Origin: Dictyostelium discoideum
Taxonomy: Eukaryota
Reading direction: 5' to 3'
Assembly: GCA_000004695.1 (NCBI GenBank)
Contig: CM000153.2
Coordinates: forward strand, 1,728,001 to 1,792,000
DNA: 64,000 nucleotides
How positions within the stretch are numbered: position 1 is the first letter of the stretch; each line of letters opens with the position of its first letter. This document shows, piece by piece, positions 12,271-23,733 of the stretch. The notes under the pieces are model-generated. The model searched no databases, was not told the DNA's origin, and saw only the letters and a program-made list of their open reading frames with translations. The translations under genes and the position numbers were made by a program.

Positions 12271-12907
12271 CAAGTGCATATCAAAAATTATATATTTCAT
12301 TCCTTATGAAAGTCCAGAGTGTAGTGGAAATCCATCAGGTATTGGGTATGGCGGTTTAGTTGATACTTGTTTTACTCAATTAAATTAATATTGTTTTTAA
12401 ATTTAAATTTAATGATTGTCCAAATCCAACATCATGTTGTCCGGGTTATGGTATTTGTGAGGGTTTTAAAAGTGGTAGTGATAGTGGTAGTGGTAGTGGT
12501 AGTGGTGGTGAAAGTGGTAGTGGTAGAGATAGTAGTAGTGGTAGTAAGGAACAAATTTCAACTACTGGACCTCTAACCAGAGGATTTACAATTTCAGGTA
12601 CAGGTGGTACAGATTCAGTTCCAATTGATGCAAGCACAAATGTTCTCTGTCAACAAGGTGAACATTGTCAAGTTGATCAAGATGGAAGAGCACATTGTTA
12701 TTTTAATATTGAATCAATTGGCACACTTCCATTAGGTTCTTTAAATGTGGTTTGTCAACCACATCAACATTGTGAAATTGATAAAAATTCAGGTTTAGCT
12801 AATTGTGTATTAGATATTAATCCAATCCATGGATTCACTACAATCGATGCATCTTCAACAGTTGCTGGATCATCTTTAACAACAACTGGTGGTGCCAGTA
12901 CAAAATG
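12271..12907 (+). other. Two adjacent open frames without ATG encoding a Cys/Gly/Ser-rich secreted-type protein (frame A 12271..12385: ...PYESPECSGNPSGIGYGGLVDTCFTQLN*; frame B 12372..12907: ...NDCPNPTSCCPGYGICEGFKSGSDSGSGSGSGG...TNVLCQQGEHCQVDQDGRAHCYFNIESIGTLPLGS LNVVCQPHQHCEIDKNSGLANCVLDINPIHGF...TTGGASTK*); gene structure unresolved, possibly a pseudogene or a gene with a non-canonical join
   Basis: Frame B is missing from the ORF track because it has no Met. It contains two roughly 35-aa Cys-spaced repeats (C-x5/6-C-x6/7-C) and a (GSGSGS) linker. No AG dinucleotide exists between 12386 and 12468 to join frame A to frame B in phase, so a simple two-exon model fails. Confidence 0.3.
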
Positions 12908-13078
12908 AATAATAAATAATTAAATTCTAACAATAATAATAATAATAATTATTAGACTTTGATTAACCAAAAAAAAAAAAATTCGTAAAACAGAATGGTT
13001 ACATTTTTTATATTTTATATCATTTGGTGTATTTCAGGGTGTTCTATTTTCACGCTAATAGAAAATAAAATTAGATAA

Positions 13079-13119
<41 letters not shown>

Positions 13120-13476
13120 AAATTTGAATGTTTTTAACAATATTTCAATTTTTTTATTTTCATTTTCACCTTTTTTTTTTATTTTTTTATTTTTTTATTT
13201 TTTTTTTTCATTTTCATTAAATTTTTTTTTTTAATTATTTATTTAAATAAAAAAAAACATATACAATATATTAATTATATTATATATAATATATATATAT
13301 ATATATAATACGACCTTTGCTGTTTATATGAACATTAGATAGATAAATAGATAAACAATCACACACATATACATATATATATAAATCTCGAAAAATAGAT
13401 AAGTAAACAAAGTAGAAGAAAAAGAAGAAGAAGAAATATAAATATAAATTTCAAAAAAAAAAAAACAAAATCAAAC

Positions 13477-14568
13477 ATGGCAACGGAATCATCAAGAGAG
13501 TTAATGATCTCTTTGTTGAATGGTGCAAATAGTTCAGATAAAGATAGATCCGACCTTTTAGCAAGTTCATATGAACTTATTTTCCATAAAGAACCGATTC
13601 TATTGGATGAATTTTATAATAGTTTTGTTGAATTTGCATTAGATCGATCACAAGCAATCAAAAAACAAATTATACCATACATAGAATCAATTTGTAAAAA
13701 GTATCCAAAATGTAAATATAATCAAAATTTAATTTAAATCTTTATCATTTATATATATCATTTCATTTTCATTGCCCCACTTTTCCTAACACATATTCAT
13801 TGTCCTTCCCCTCCCCCTTCACTTTTGTATACAAATCATTAATCAAGTTTTAAGTAATAGCGAAGCAAATTTGAAAATATTATTAAATAGTGATAATAAA
13901 GCAATTGTAAAAAGAGTAATTTTATGTGTAACGAATTTAATTAGATCAACATTATCATTTTTGTAAGTGGATTAAAAATATGGTTTAATTTTAGGTTGCA
14001 CCCAATTATCAAACCCAATATATATATTATAATTTATACATTAGAATCTAATTTTAATTTTTTTAATAGATTACAACCTCAATCAAATTCAATAAATCAT
14101 GAGCAATTAATCAATATTTGGAATTCATTTAATTTTCTTAGAGGTTATATTGTAAATTTAAGTGCGTCAACAGAGGATGATTCAATAAAAACAAATGCAT
14201 ATAAAATGTTTGAAATTTTAATTTTATCATTTTCATCTCCTGGTGAATATAAGGTATGTACACCACCTGATTCATTATCATCATCATTCATTATTATATT
14301 GAAAAACTAATTCTCATACACACACACACATATGCATATATCTCATGTCTAGACAACGAAGAAATATAAATCTGATGAAGAATTTTCATTGGATAGAGTA
14401 CCATTTGATCATTCTATAATATCAAAACAATTATTACAAAAAGATTGCGAAGATTATTTAAATATTTTATTAGATGCAGCAAGAGATTTGAATAATATGT
14501 AAGAAATTATTTACAATTTACACATATAGAGATTATTTCTTCATTTTAAAAAAATCAATCAACCATAA

Positions 14569-14611
<43 letters not shown>

Positions 14612-15929
14612 CAATGAATATGTAATTACATAATGTTGATGATGATAATGATGATAATGATGATAATGATGATAATGATGATAATGATGATAATGATGAT
14701 AATGATGATAACGATGATGAATTTTGAAAGGAAATGAACTTGGAAATAGATTTTAATATTATTTTTTTATTTTTTTATTTATTTATTTTTTAATTTTTTT
14801 TTTATTATTATTTTGTGTTAGGACTAGCCAAAATATAATGATAATTGTAACATCATTAACGACAATAGCAAAACAAAGATTTTCAATGATTTCAAGGATT
14901 GTACCAATACTGTGTTCATGTCCGAATTTAATACCAGTTTTTCCAATAGTACAACAAGAAAGCGTTAGACATTCATTAAAAGTTTCATTATTATCAATAA
15001 TTCGTATAAAGAGAAAAGAACTATTATCACCATTCATTTCAGATTTAATTCAAGCATGTTCAAAAATTGATTCAAAAGATGCTGCTGATGAAGCTGCAAG
15101 ATGGTTTTATCATGATGAACCTGATAAAAAAGTAAATATAAATATAATTAATTATTAATTAAACTAAAATATACCCCTCCCCTTATTCAAATAACTAATT
15201 TTCCCAAAAATAAATTTCAAAAAAAGAAACGACATAACGAAGGTGGTCATGAATCTCATAAAAAAAAATCAAAGGTTGAACATGTTTATGGTGTTAATGA
15301 TAATGTAATAGAAAATAATAAAAACATAAAAAATAATCATAATAACGATAGTAATAATAATAATAACAACAACAATAATTTTAGTAACAATTTTAATAAT
15401 TTAAATAATAATTTTAATACCGGTTTTAATAATAATAATAATAATAACAATAATAATTTTAATAACAATAATTTTAATGAAATTAATAAGAATAATAATA
15501 ATATGTACAGTTCAAACTTTATTGAGAAACCAGGTTTAATTATTGATGATGAAACTCAAGCAAAGATTTTGTAAGTTTGCAATAAATGTATATAAAAAAA
15601 AAAAAAAAGGTAATTGGATGCATAAGTGTATTAATTTATATTTATATATATACATATTTATTTAAATAATTTAGAGCATCTATTGAACATCTTAGTCCAG
15701 AATTTGTAAGAGAACTTGTTATTGAAAATATGAGTCATGTTCCTTTGATTAGTTTATTACAAGGAATACCGTTTAATCAACAAACTAAAGAGTTATTTAA
15801 ATTTGTAGATTCTTATCAAAATAAACAGATTAAACCAATTCATTTCATAAGTCCATTAACACAACCAAATCCATTACAATCTATAAACAATACAAATTTA
15901 CCTCAATATCCTTCACCACCTTTAAAACC

Positions 15930-15984
<55 letters not shown>

Positions 15985-17783
15985 CCTCAACAAAATTCAC
16001 CACAAAATCAACCAACACCTTTCATATTATCACCACCAGTAAACAAATCTTTTAAACCACCACCATCATCCCAACAACCATCACCACCAATACTTCAACA
16101 ACAATCACCACCACAACAACCACCACAACAACTACCACCACAAATACCTCTACAACCACCACAACAATCAACACCACCAATTGTAGAAACTCAAATTAAA
16201 GTTAAAAAGGAAGAAGATAGCGATGACGAAGATGAAGAAAAACAACTACAAGAAGAAGAAGATGAAGATTTATTCTCAAAAGAAGCAATGGAAGAAGAAG
16301 AAGAAGATGATGAAGTTGATAAAATAATTAAAAAAGAAAATGAACAACAACAATTAAAAGAGAAAATGGAAAATTCAAATTCTATTAGTTCTTCATTATT
16401 TGGTGGTGGTGGTGGTGATAATAGTAACGGTAAGAGTGATGTTATACCATCATTTACACCAAGACCAACATTTAAAGCACCACCACTTTCAAAAGAGAAA
16501 CAAAAACATGTTGGGGAGAGTGCATTGGTTAGAATTAAAATATCAGAACCTGGTGTCATGGTTTGCGGTAAACATGATCTTTGGACTTCATTATTATCTC
16601 GTATACTTTCAATTAGACCCGATCAAGAAGAATTACAAGATCAATTTATAAAATTTATCACTCAAGATTTTAAAAATCATAGAGAATTAGCGCTTCAATG
16701 GTTATTCAATGAATTATATATTGCAAAACAAATTACACCAACAACAACTAAAAATCTTAATCCTGAATTAGAAAATAATAATAATAATAATAATAATGAA
16801 AATAATGAAAATAATGATAATTCAACCACTGAAGCATCAACAACAACAAATAAAAATAAAAAAGAACCAAATATGAAAAGATATTCAACTTTATTAAAAA
16901 AAATGATAAAACAAATGAGAAGTCATTTCCCAATTAAAGATACAACTATCGGATCATTTATATTAGATTTACCATTTATAACCAATCAATTATTACATTC
17001 TATAAATTGTAAGATTGTTGCTGAATCTCAAAGTTTAATTTATACAAGTGCAACTTGGGATATTAATAAAGTATTTTCAAATGAACATAATCAAATACCA
17101 ATTGCAAATGTTACAGCAAGTATAAAAGATCATCAAATTGATGAAAATGGTAATCAAATACCATTGACAGATGATGATATGGACGCAGCAGCAGCATCAT
17201 CATCACCATTACCTATTGATCCAAAGATATTACAAGATAAAGAGAATGAATGGTTACCAATTGGGTTGGGTATATTGAGAGATTTAATCATTTGGAGACC
17301 AAATGTACGTGAATATTGTATAAATAGTCTTTTAAAATTTTCAATTTCAAATGATGATTCAGTTCGTTCACCAACAATTAATTTAATTGCAAATCAAATC
17401 TATTCAAAACAATCTGCTACAGAACCAATTCAATTATTTGCAAAGGAACAAATCATTCATTTAATTGCAATCAAAGATATCGAAGATGAAATGGAAATTC
17501 AAAAATCAAAAGATGCTGCCATCATCTATAGTGAATTAATGAATCAAGATAATAATATCGATGATAATGCTATTAAAATTGAAGAAACTCAATCAATTGA
17601 AGATAAAAAAAAACATGAAGAATTTGAAAAAAATAAACAAAATCAAAAAGAAGAACAAGAACAACCAATGAAACTTGATAATCTAAATGATGATTCAAAT
17701 GTAGATATTAATACCAACACCACCAACACCACCACCACTACCCCCACAACAAATACAACCACAACAACATCAACATCGACATC

Positions 17784-17814
<31 letters not shown>

Positions 17815-18822
17815 GAATTAGAACAATCAATAGTACCAAAAGTTTTAACTAAAACTAGAGTAAAAGAAATTAAAAAGTTTATAGAAACAAGAGTTTCACT
17901 TTATTTTGCATTGATTATTAAAAATCATCAATTATTAACTGACCTTTTACAATTATATCCAAAATATGATGAAAATATTCAAGAGGTTGTTAAAAGACTA
18001 ACGACATGTGTAATTAAACATATTGGACAAAGTAGTGCTTCATTGTTACAAGTGATTTCAATTTGTCCAACTGGATCAGAGGAATTAACACTTGAAATTT
18101 TGAATGCATTGGTTTTAAATGAAAAACCATCCAGTGAATTGGTTGAATCTGTAAAAACCTTACTATTGACCAATGGCGATATTAGATTCCTTTTACCAGT
18201 GCTAACGGGTTTGAAGAAAGAAGAAGTTATCTCTAGACTACCATCATTCCTATCAATGCCAAATAAAACCGATACCAATCAATTCATTAGTGTTTTAGCA
18301 TCACCAGGCTCACCATTATCCGCTTCGGAATTATTAGTTCAAATTCATTTGACACCTGATTCCTTAACTATGAAATCAATGGAAGCTATCGATTTTTGTT
18401 TAGATATGGAAGATATTTTCAAACAAGAGATTGTCGCTGCCACCATAAATCAATTGATGGCTCAGGCTCAGCTACCAAAGTTATTCATGAGAACTATCTT
18501 AAAGACCCTTCAAAAATATCCACGTCTAAAGATTTTCATCGTTGAGATTTTAGGTCGTTTAGTTGCTAGACAAGTTTGGAAGGATAAAACTTTATGGGAT
18601 GGTTTCATTCGTTGTACAAAATTGGCAAAACCAGAATCACTAGAGGTTATACTTCAATTACCACCAACTCAATTCGAAGATGCAATCAATCATGAAAAAC
18701 ATCGTGATCTCAAATCAATCATTATCAAACATTTACAATCAAGTAAAGAAAATGAAATTAGATATCCAAAACAAAATTTAAAAACTTTGAATTGGGAAAA
18801 ACATTCAACCACTTCAAAATAA
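13477..18822 (+). CDS. Symplekin (scaffold of the mRNA 3'-end cleavage/polyadenylation machinery), 7 exons; join(13477..13711,13848..13962,14070..14253,14353..14498,14822..15131,15227..15570,15675..18822)
   Basis: N-terminal exons align with the human symplekin HEAT region: IFHKEPILLDEFYNSFVEFALDRSQAIKKQIIPYIESICKKY vs [66 protein letters not shown] vs [35 protein letters not shown] vs HDISLDRIPRDH; IIVTSLTTIAKQR vs SINLTTALGSLANIARQR; LSPEFVRELVIENMSHVPLISLL vs [21 protein letters not shown]. The 1030-aa last exon ends with the Symplekin_C signature: RQVWKDKTLWDGFIRCTKLAKPESLEVILQLPPTQF vs [36 protein letters not shown]. Donors gtaaat/gtaagt/gtatgt and acceptors were located explicitly, and phases 1,2,0,2,0,2 close consistently. 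Confidence 0.85.
14565..14712 (+). repeat. Intronic microsatellites in symplekin intron 4: (CAAT)n at about 14565..14615, then about eight copies of GATGATAAT at about 14636..14712
   Basis: Directly visible: caatcaatcaatcaatcaatcaataaatcaatcaatcaatcaatgaat ... gatgataatgatgataatgatgataat... Confidence 0.9.
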
Positions 18823-19282
18823 TTAAACTTTTTTTTTTAAAAAAAAAAAAATAAAATAAAATAACTTTTTCAAGTTTTAAAGTTAGTTTTAATAGTTTTT
18901 TTATAAAATATAATAATAAAAAGATTTTTTTTTAAAAACAAAAAAAAAAAAAAAATATTTTAATTTTTAATTTATTAAGTTTATTGTGGACGATTTTATT
19001 TTTTCCTTCTAAATTTGGATTTTGATTTGAAGTTTGAAATTTTAGATCATGATTTTTGACAGTTTAAGCCCAAACAAACTTTAAAAGAAAATAAAAAAAA
19101 AAAAAAAGATATTAATAGATATTATCTTAGACGTAGAAATAGATAATTTCGAACACTAATTTATTGAAATCATAAACGGAAGTTGCTGATCCATTCATTT
19201 ATGACTTTTTTTTTTTTATCAATAATCCGTATCTAGTTTAATTTTTATTTTTTTTATTTATTTTTTTTTTTTTTTATTTGTT

Positions 19283-19316
<34 letters not shown>

Positions 19317-19465
19317 AAGGGGATTCATATATGGGTGCTCGATATTATAAAAATCTTATGAGAAATAATGTATTGGTTGAATTTTTTTTTTTTTTTATTT
19401 TTTTTATTTTGGAAAAAAAAAAAAAATAAAAACTAATTTATAATCCATAATTTATAATCCATAAT

Positions 19466-19602
19466 TTATAATCCATTTAAAGAATTGGAAGGTTTTTCAG
19501 TTTCCAATCCATTCTTTTTTCCATTGATTGCACTGTTATTTCCTAATCTATCTGGTGATGGATTTCTATTTCTACTTCCACTTCTACTTCTATTTCCGTT
19601 TG

Positions 19603-19643
<41 letters not shown>

Positions 19644-19842
19644 GGTTTATTTAAACCATTTCTACTGGTACTTCTTGATCTATCTCTTCCGTTACCATTT
19701 CTTGTACCACTACTACTTCTATCTCTTTCTCTTCTATATCTATTTTCTTTGGATGGTGATCGGTTTCTTTTATTTCTGTCTCTAGAGGATGAACGATTTC
19801 TTTTATTATTACCATTACTATTACTATTATTATTATTATTAA

Positions 19843-19876
<34 letters not shown>

Positions 19877-20339
19877 TCCATTACCATTACCATTACCATT
19901 ACCATTACCATTTCCATTACCATTGTTATTATTTCTTGAATTTGATCTGTCTCTTTCCCTTTCTCTTGATCTATCCCTTGATCTGTCTCTTGATCTGTCT
20001 CTATCTCTTGATCTATCTCTATCTCTTGATCTATCTCTTGATCTATCTCTATCTCTTGATCTATCCCTTGATCTGTCTCTATCATCTCTTCTTCTATTAT
20101 CTCTTGAACGTGAACGAGATCTTGATCTATCTCTTTCTCTTCTTTTATCACTACGTCTTCTATCATCACGTCTTCTATCTCTGTCTCTTGATCTATCTCT
20201 AGAACGTGATCTTGATCTTTCACGATGATATGGATTATATCTTGAGTTTTTCTTTCCTCCACTTTTATATTTTTTTTTTAAAAATTAAAAATAAGAAGAT
20301 AATTAATAAAGATGGATAATAAAAAAAAAATTATAAAAA

Positions 20340-20372
<33 letters not shown>

Positions 20373-20910
20373 AAAAAAAATAAAAAAAAAAAAAAAAAAA
20401 AAAAAGAGATAAATAAAAAGAGAATTTAATAAAATTTAAATTAAATTAATAAATTAAAAAATTAAAAAAAGAAAAAAAATATAAAATAAAATTGTTTACT
20501 TACTTTGGACAACTTCTGGCCCAATGTCCCTCTTCATTACACATGAAACATTTGCCACTGCTGCTATCTGGTCTTTTAATACCTTTACTACTATTACTTA
20601 ATTCGACAATAATATTTCTACCAAGGAAATTTTGTTTATGTTCACTATTAATTGCATCATCTGCTGAAGCTTTATCAAAGTATTCCTATTTTTTTTTTTT
20701 TTTTTTTTTTTTTTCAATAAAAAAATATATATTTTAGTTTGTATAATTTTTTTTTTAAAAAAAAAAAAAAAAAAAAAATTGTATACTTACAATAAAACAA
20801 AAACCTTTTCTAAGTTCTAGTCTATCTATTTTTCCAAACTTTGAGAATCTACCATATAAATCATCTTCTCTTGCGTCATGATTCAATCTTCCGATATATA
20901 TTTTTGACAT
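19466..20910 (-). CDS. SR-family splicing factor with N-terminal RRM, CCHC zinc knuckle and a long RS/RD plus Asn/Gly-rich C-terminal domain (SRSF7/9G8-like); complement(join(19466..20251,20503..20685,20791..20910))
   Basis: Minus-strand exon 1 reads MSKIYIGRLNHDAREDDLYGRFSKFGKIDRLELRKGFCFI (RNP2 IYIGRL, RNP1 KGFCFIEY split by a phase-0 gtaagt intron). Exon 2 reads EYFDKASADDAINSEHKQNFLGRNIIVELSNSSKGIKRPDSSSGKCFMCNEEGHWARSCPK (C-x2-C-x4-H-x4-C), followed by gtaagt. Exon 3 starts after the aag acceptor at 20252/20253 (KNSRYNPYHRERSRSRSRDRSRDRDRRRDDRRRSDKRRERDRSRSRSRSRDNRRRDDRDRSRDRSRDRDRSRDR...), runs through a (GN)n/(N)n tract and ends NGL* at 19466. The RS frame has no Met, so the track only shows the wrong-frame GTG ORFs 19651..20262 (-) and 19485..20228 (+). 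Confidence 0.72.
19950..20100 (-). repeat. Imperfect tandem 30-bp repeat (tcttgatctatctctatctcttgatctatc...) encoding SRDRDRSRDR units of the RS domain
   Basis: The periodicity is visible on the plus strand between 19950 and 20100. Confidence 0.8.
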
Positions 20911-21403
20911 TGGTTCTTTAAATTACTACCTGTATAAATTGTGGTAATAATAATAATAATGTACAACACACAATCAATCCACTAAAACAAAAATAAGAGA
21001 ATGCAAAAAAAAAAAAAAAAAAAAAAAAAGAAATAAAAAAAATAGAAATAAAAATAAATAAATATTTATATGTTATAAGAGAAGAAAGATGTGGACAAGA
21101 AAAAAAAAAAAAAAAGAAAAAAAAAGAAATAATCGTTATTAAAAAATTGAAAAAAAAGTTTTTTTTTTTTTTTTTTAAATTTTTAAATTTTTTTTTTTTT
21201 GAAGATTAAAAACTTTGATATAAGGAACTTTTTAACTATAAAAAAAAAAAAAAATTTTTAAAAAAAAAAAAAAAATAGTCAAAAATTTTTTTTTTTAATA
21301 TAAAATAAATAATGTTTATTATTATTTTTTTCCAACAATAATACACATACCAGGATTATATAATAAAATAATTTGAAGGGGCAATATAAAATTAATTTAA
21401 AAT

Positions 21404-21434
<31 letters not shown>

Positions 21435-21511
21435 GGAAAATTCCAACAAAATATCTTTTTTTTTTTTTTTTTTTTTTATTTTCAAAAATAAAAAATCAAA
21501 AAGTCAAAAGC

Positions 21512-21553
<42 letters not shown>

Positions 21554-21569
21554 GATTTCGTGATTGATT

Positions 21570-23523
21570 ATGTCAAATCATGATAATAATAATAATACCA
21601 CCTCAGTGAATAACAATGGTAATAGTATAAAAACAATTAAAGAGAATATTCAAGCATGTATGGAGATATATTATCATTTAAAGAGTACATTGGGACCTTT
21701 TGGTAGAGATAAATTAATAGTTGACAAGAATAATAATTATCTATCAACCAATGACGGAGCAACAATATTACAATATTTAAAAATTACACACCCAGCACCA
21801 AGATTATTAATTGGTATTGCAAAATCACAAGATGAAACAGTTGGTGATGGTACCACAAGTGTAGTTTTATTAACATGTATTTTATTACAAAATGCTTTAA
21901 AATTTATATTATTATCAATTCATCCAATTATATTTATCAAGGTACATACCTATATCTATATTTAATATCAATTTTTATTTTTTATTTTATTGTATTAATT
22001 ATAATTTAATTTTTTTTTTAATTTTTTTCTTAATTTTTTAGGGTTATCAAATTTCATTAGATTTTTGTTTAAATGTAATTAATGAAATTAAAATATCACC
22101 AATAAAAGATAATAAAAATAATGAAGAGATTTTAAAAAAAGAGGAAATATTTGAAAATGAAGAATTTTTAAAACATTTATATTCAGTTGCATCTACATCA
22201 ATATCATCTAAAATTTTAGCAAGATATAGTGATCATTTTTCAAAGATTGGCGTTGAAGCAGTTAAAAGATTAAAATTCAATGAAACACAAGATTTAATTA
22301 GAGTTATTGGTATCACTGGAAATTCAATGTTAGAATCACAATTAATAGATGGAATATTATTAGAAATTGATAGAAATCAATTAACCACTTTTAAAATTGA
22401 TCAACAACAACAACAAAGCAACAACAACAACAACAACAATAAAGAAAATGAAAAAATTAAATCAATTTTAAAGAATCCATCAATTATTATTGGTAAATTA
22501 CAATTGAATAAAACTTCTTCAAATCAATTCCAAGGTTTAAATTTATCAATTCCACATTATCATGATAATAATAATAAAAATAATAATAATAATTATAATG
22601 ATCAAAATAAAGAACAAAGAGATAAAATTGAACTATTAATAAAAAAAGGAATAAACATTGTAATAAGTGATACGGAAATATCACCATGGATTGAATTAAT
22701 TTTTAAAGAAAATAATATATTATACTTTAATATTCCAGATAGTAGAGAATTGGAAATTATATCACATTGTATTAATTGTTCATTAATTTATGATCTTTCG
22801 TCATTGTCATTATTAGAAGATGAAAAAGAAAAACAATCATCAATGATATCAAAACCAAATTCAATTGAAATTTTACCAATTGGCGATAAATTCTTTTTAA
22901 AAATTTCATTAAATGGTGATGATGATGATGATGATGATGATAATAATAATAATAATAATAAACAATTATTATCATCAAATGGAGCTACAATGTTATTAAG
23001 ATCACCAACTGATACAATGTTACAAGAATGTATTAGATCATTTAAAGATATGTTAAACATTTTATCAGCAACAGTTAGAAATCCATATTTAATTGGTGGT
23101 GGTGGTTGTACCTATATTGAATTATCAAAAAGATTAAGAAATAAAGCAAATGAGTTTATAACTGATGAAAAATTATTAATTTCAATTAATTGTTTTGCTG
23201 ATTCCTTGGAAATGATACCAATGATTTTAATTCAAAATGCAGGATATGATAGTTTAGATTTATTAGGTAAATTGAAATTAGTTCATAAATCAACATCAAC
23301 CACAAATACAACTACAAATCCTTTAAATAATATTTGGAAAGGTGTAAATTTAAATGATGGTACTATAGTGGATATGATATCAGATTTAAATGTAAAAGAA
23401 CCATCTTTCCTTCTTTCAAATATTTTAACTTTATCAAGTAGAGCTGCTCAAATGATTTTAAGAATAAATAATAATATTTTCATTGAACCAAGATCACAAT
23501 TTAAAATTCCAAATCAATTATAA
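21570..23523 (+). CDS. Divergent TCP-1/cpn60 (group II chaperonin, CCT-like) family paralog with Asn/Gln/Asp-rich insertions; join(21570..21941,22042..23523)
   Basis: The track start at 21564 is TTG, and the first ATG is 21570 (atgtcaaatcatgat). Exon 1 ends ...HPIIFIK with gtacat at 21942. The acceptor ttttag is at 22040/22041 and exon 2 is in the frame of track ORF 22327. Chaperonin signatures are present: LGPFGRDKLIVDKNNNYLSTNDGATILQYLKITHPAPRLLIGIAKSQDETVGDGTTSVVLL (equatorial ATP-binding GDGTT motif), IGGGGCTYIELSKRLR (the VPGGGA.E motif) and a C-terminal ...RAAQMILRINNNIFIEP. The apical region is highly diverged with poly-N, poly-Q and poly-D runs, so it is unlikely to be one of the eight canonical CCT subunits. 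Confidence 0.65.
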
Positions 23524-23733
23524 AAAAGAAATAAAATAAAATAAAATAAAATAAAATTTTATTTGTATATTTATATGTATATATATGTATATATTTAGTA
23601 GTATAGCATTTCTTTATTGTTTTTTTTTTTTTTATTTTTTTTAGTTGGAGCGTAATGTTATTATAATTATTATAATAATTATTTTATTTTTGATTACCAT
23701 TTATTATTATTTATTTATTTATTTATTTATTTT

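Noticed and set aside
19485-20262. Track ORFs 19485-20228 (+, Leu-rich), 19651-20262 (-, D/E/I-rich, GTG start) and 19936-20202 (+)
   Set aside because: These are wrong-frame readings of the RS/RD tandem repeat. The minus-strand RS frame joins canonical upstream RRM and zinc-knuckle exons and is the real product.
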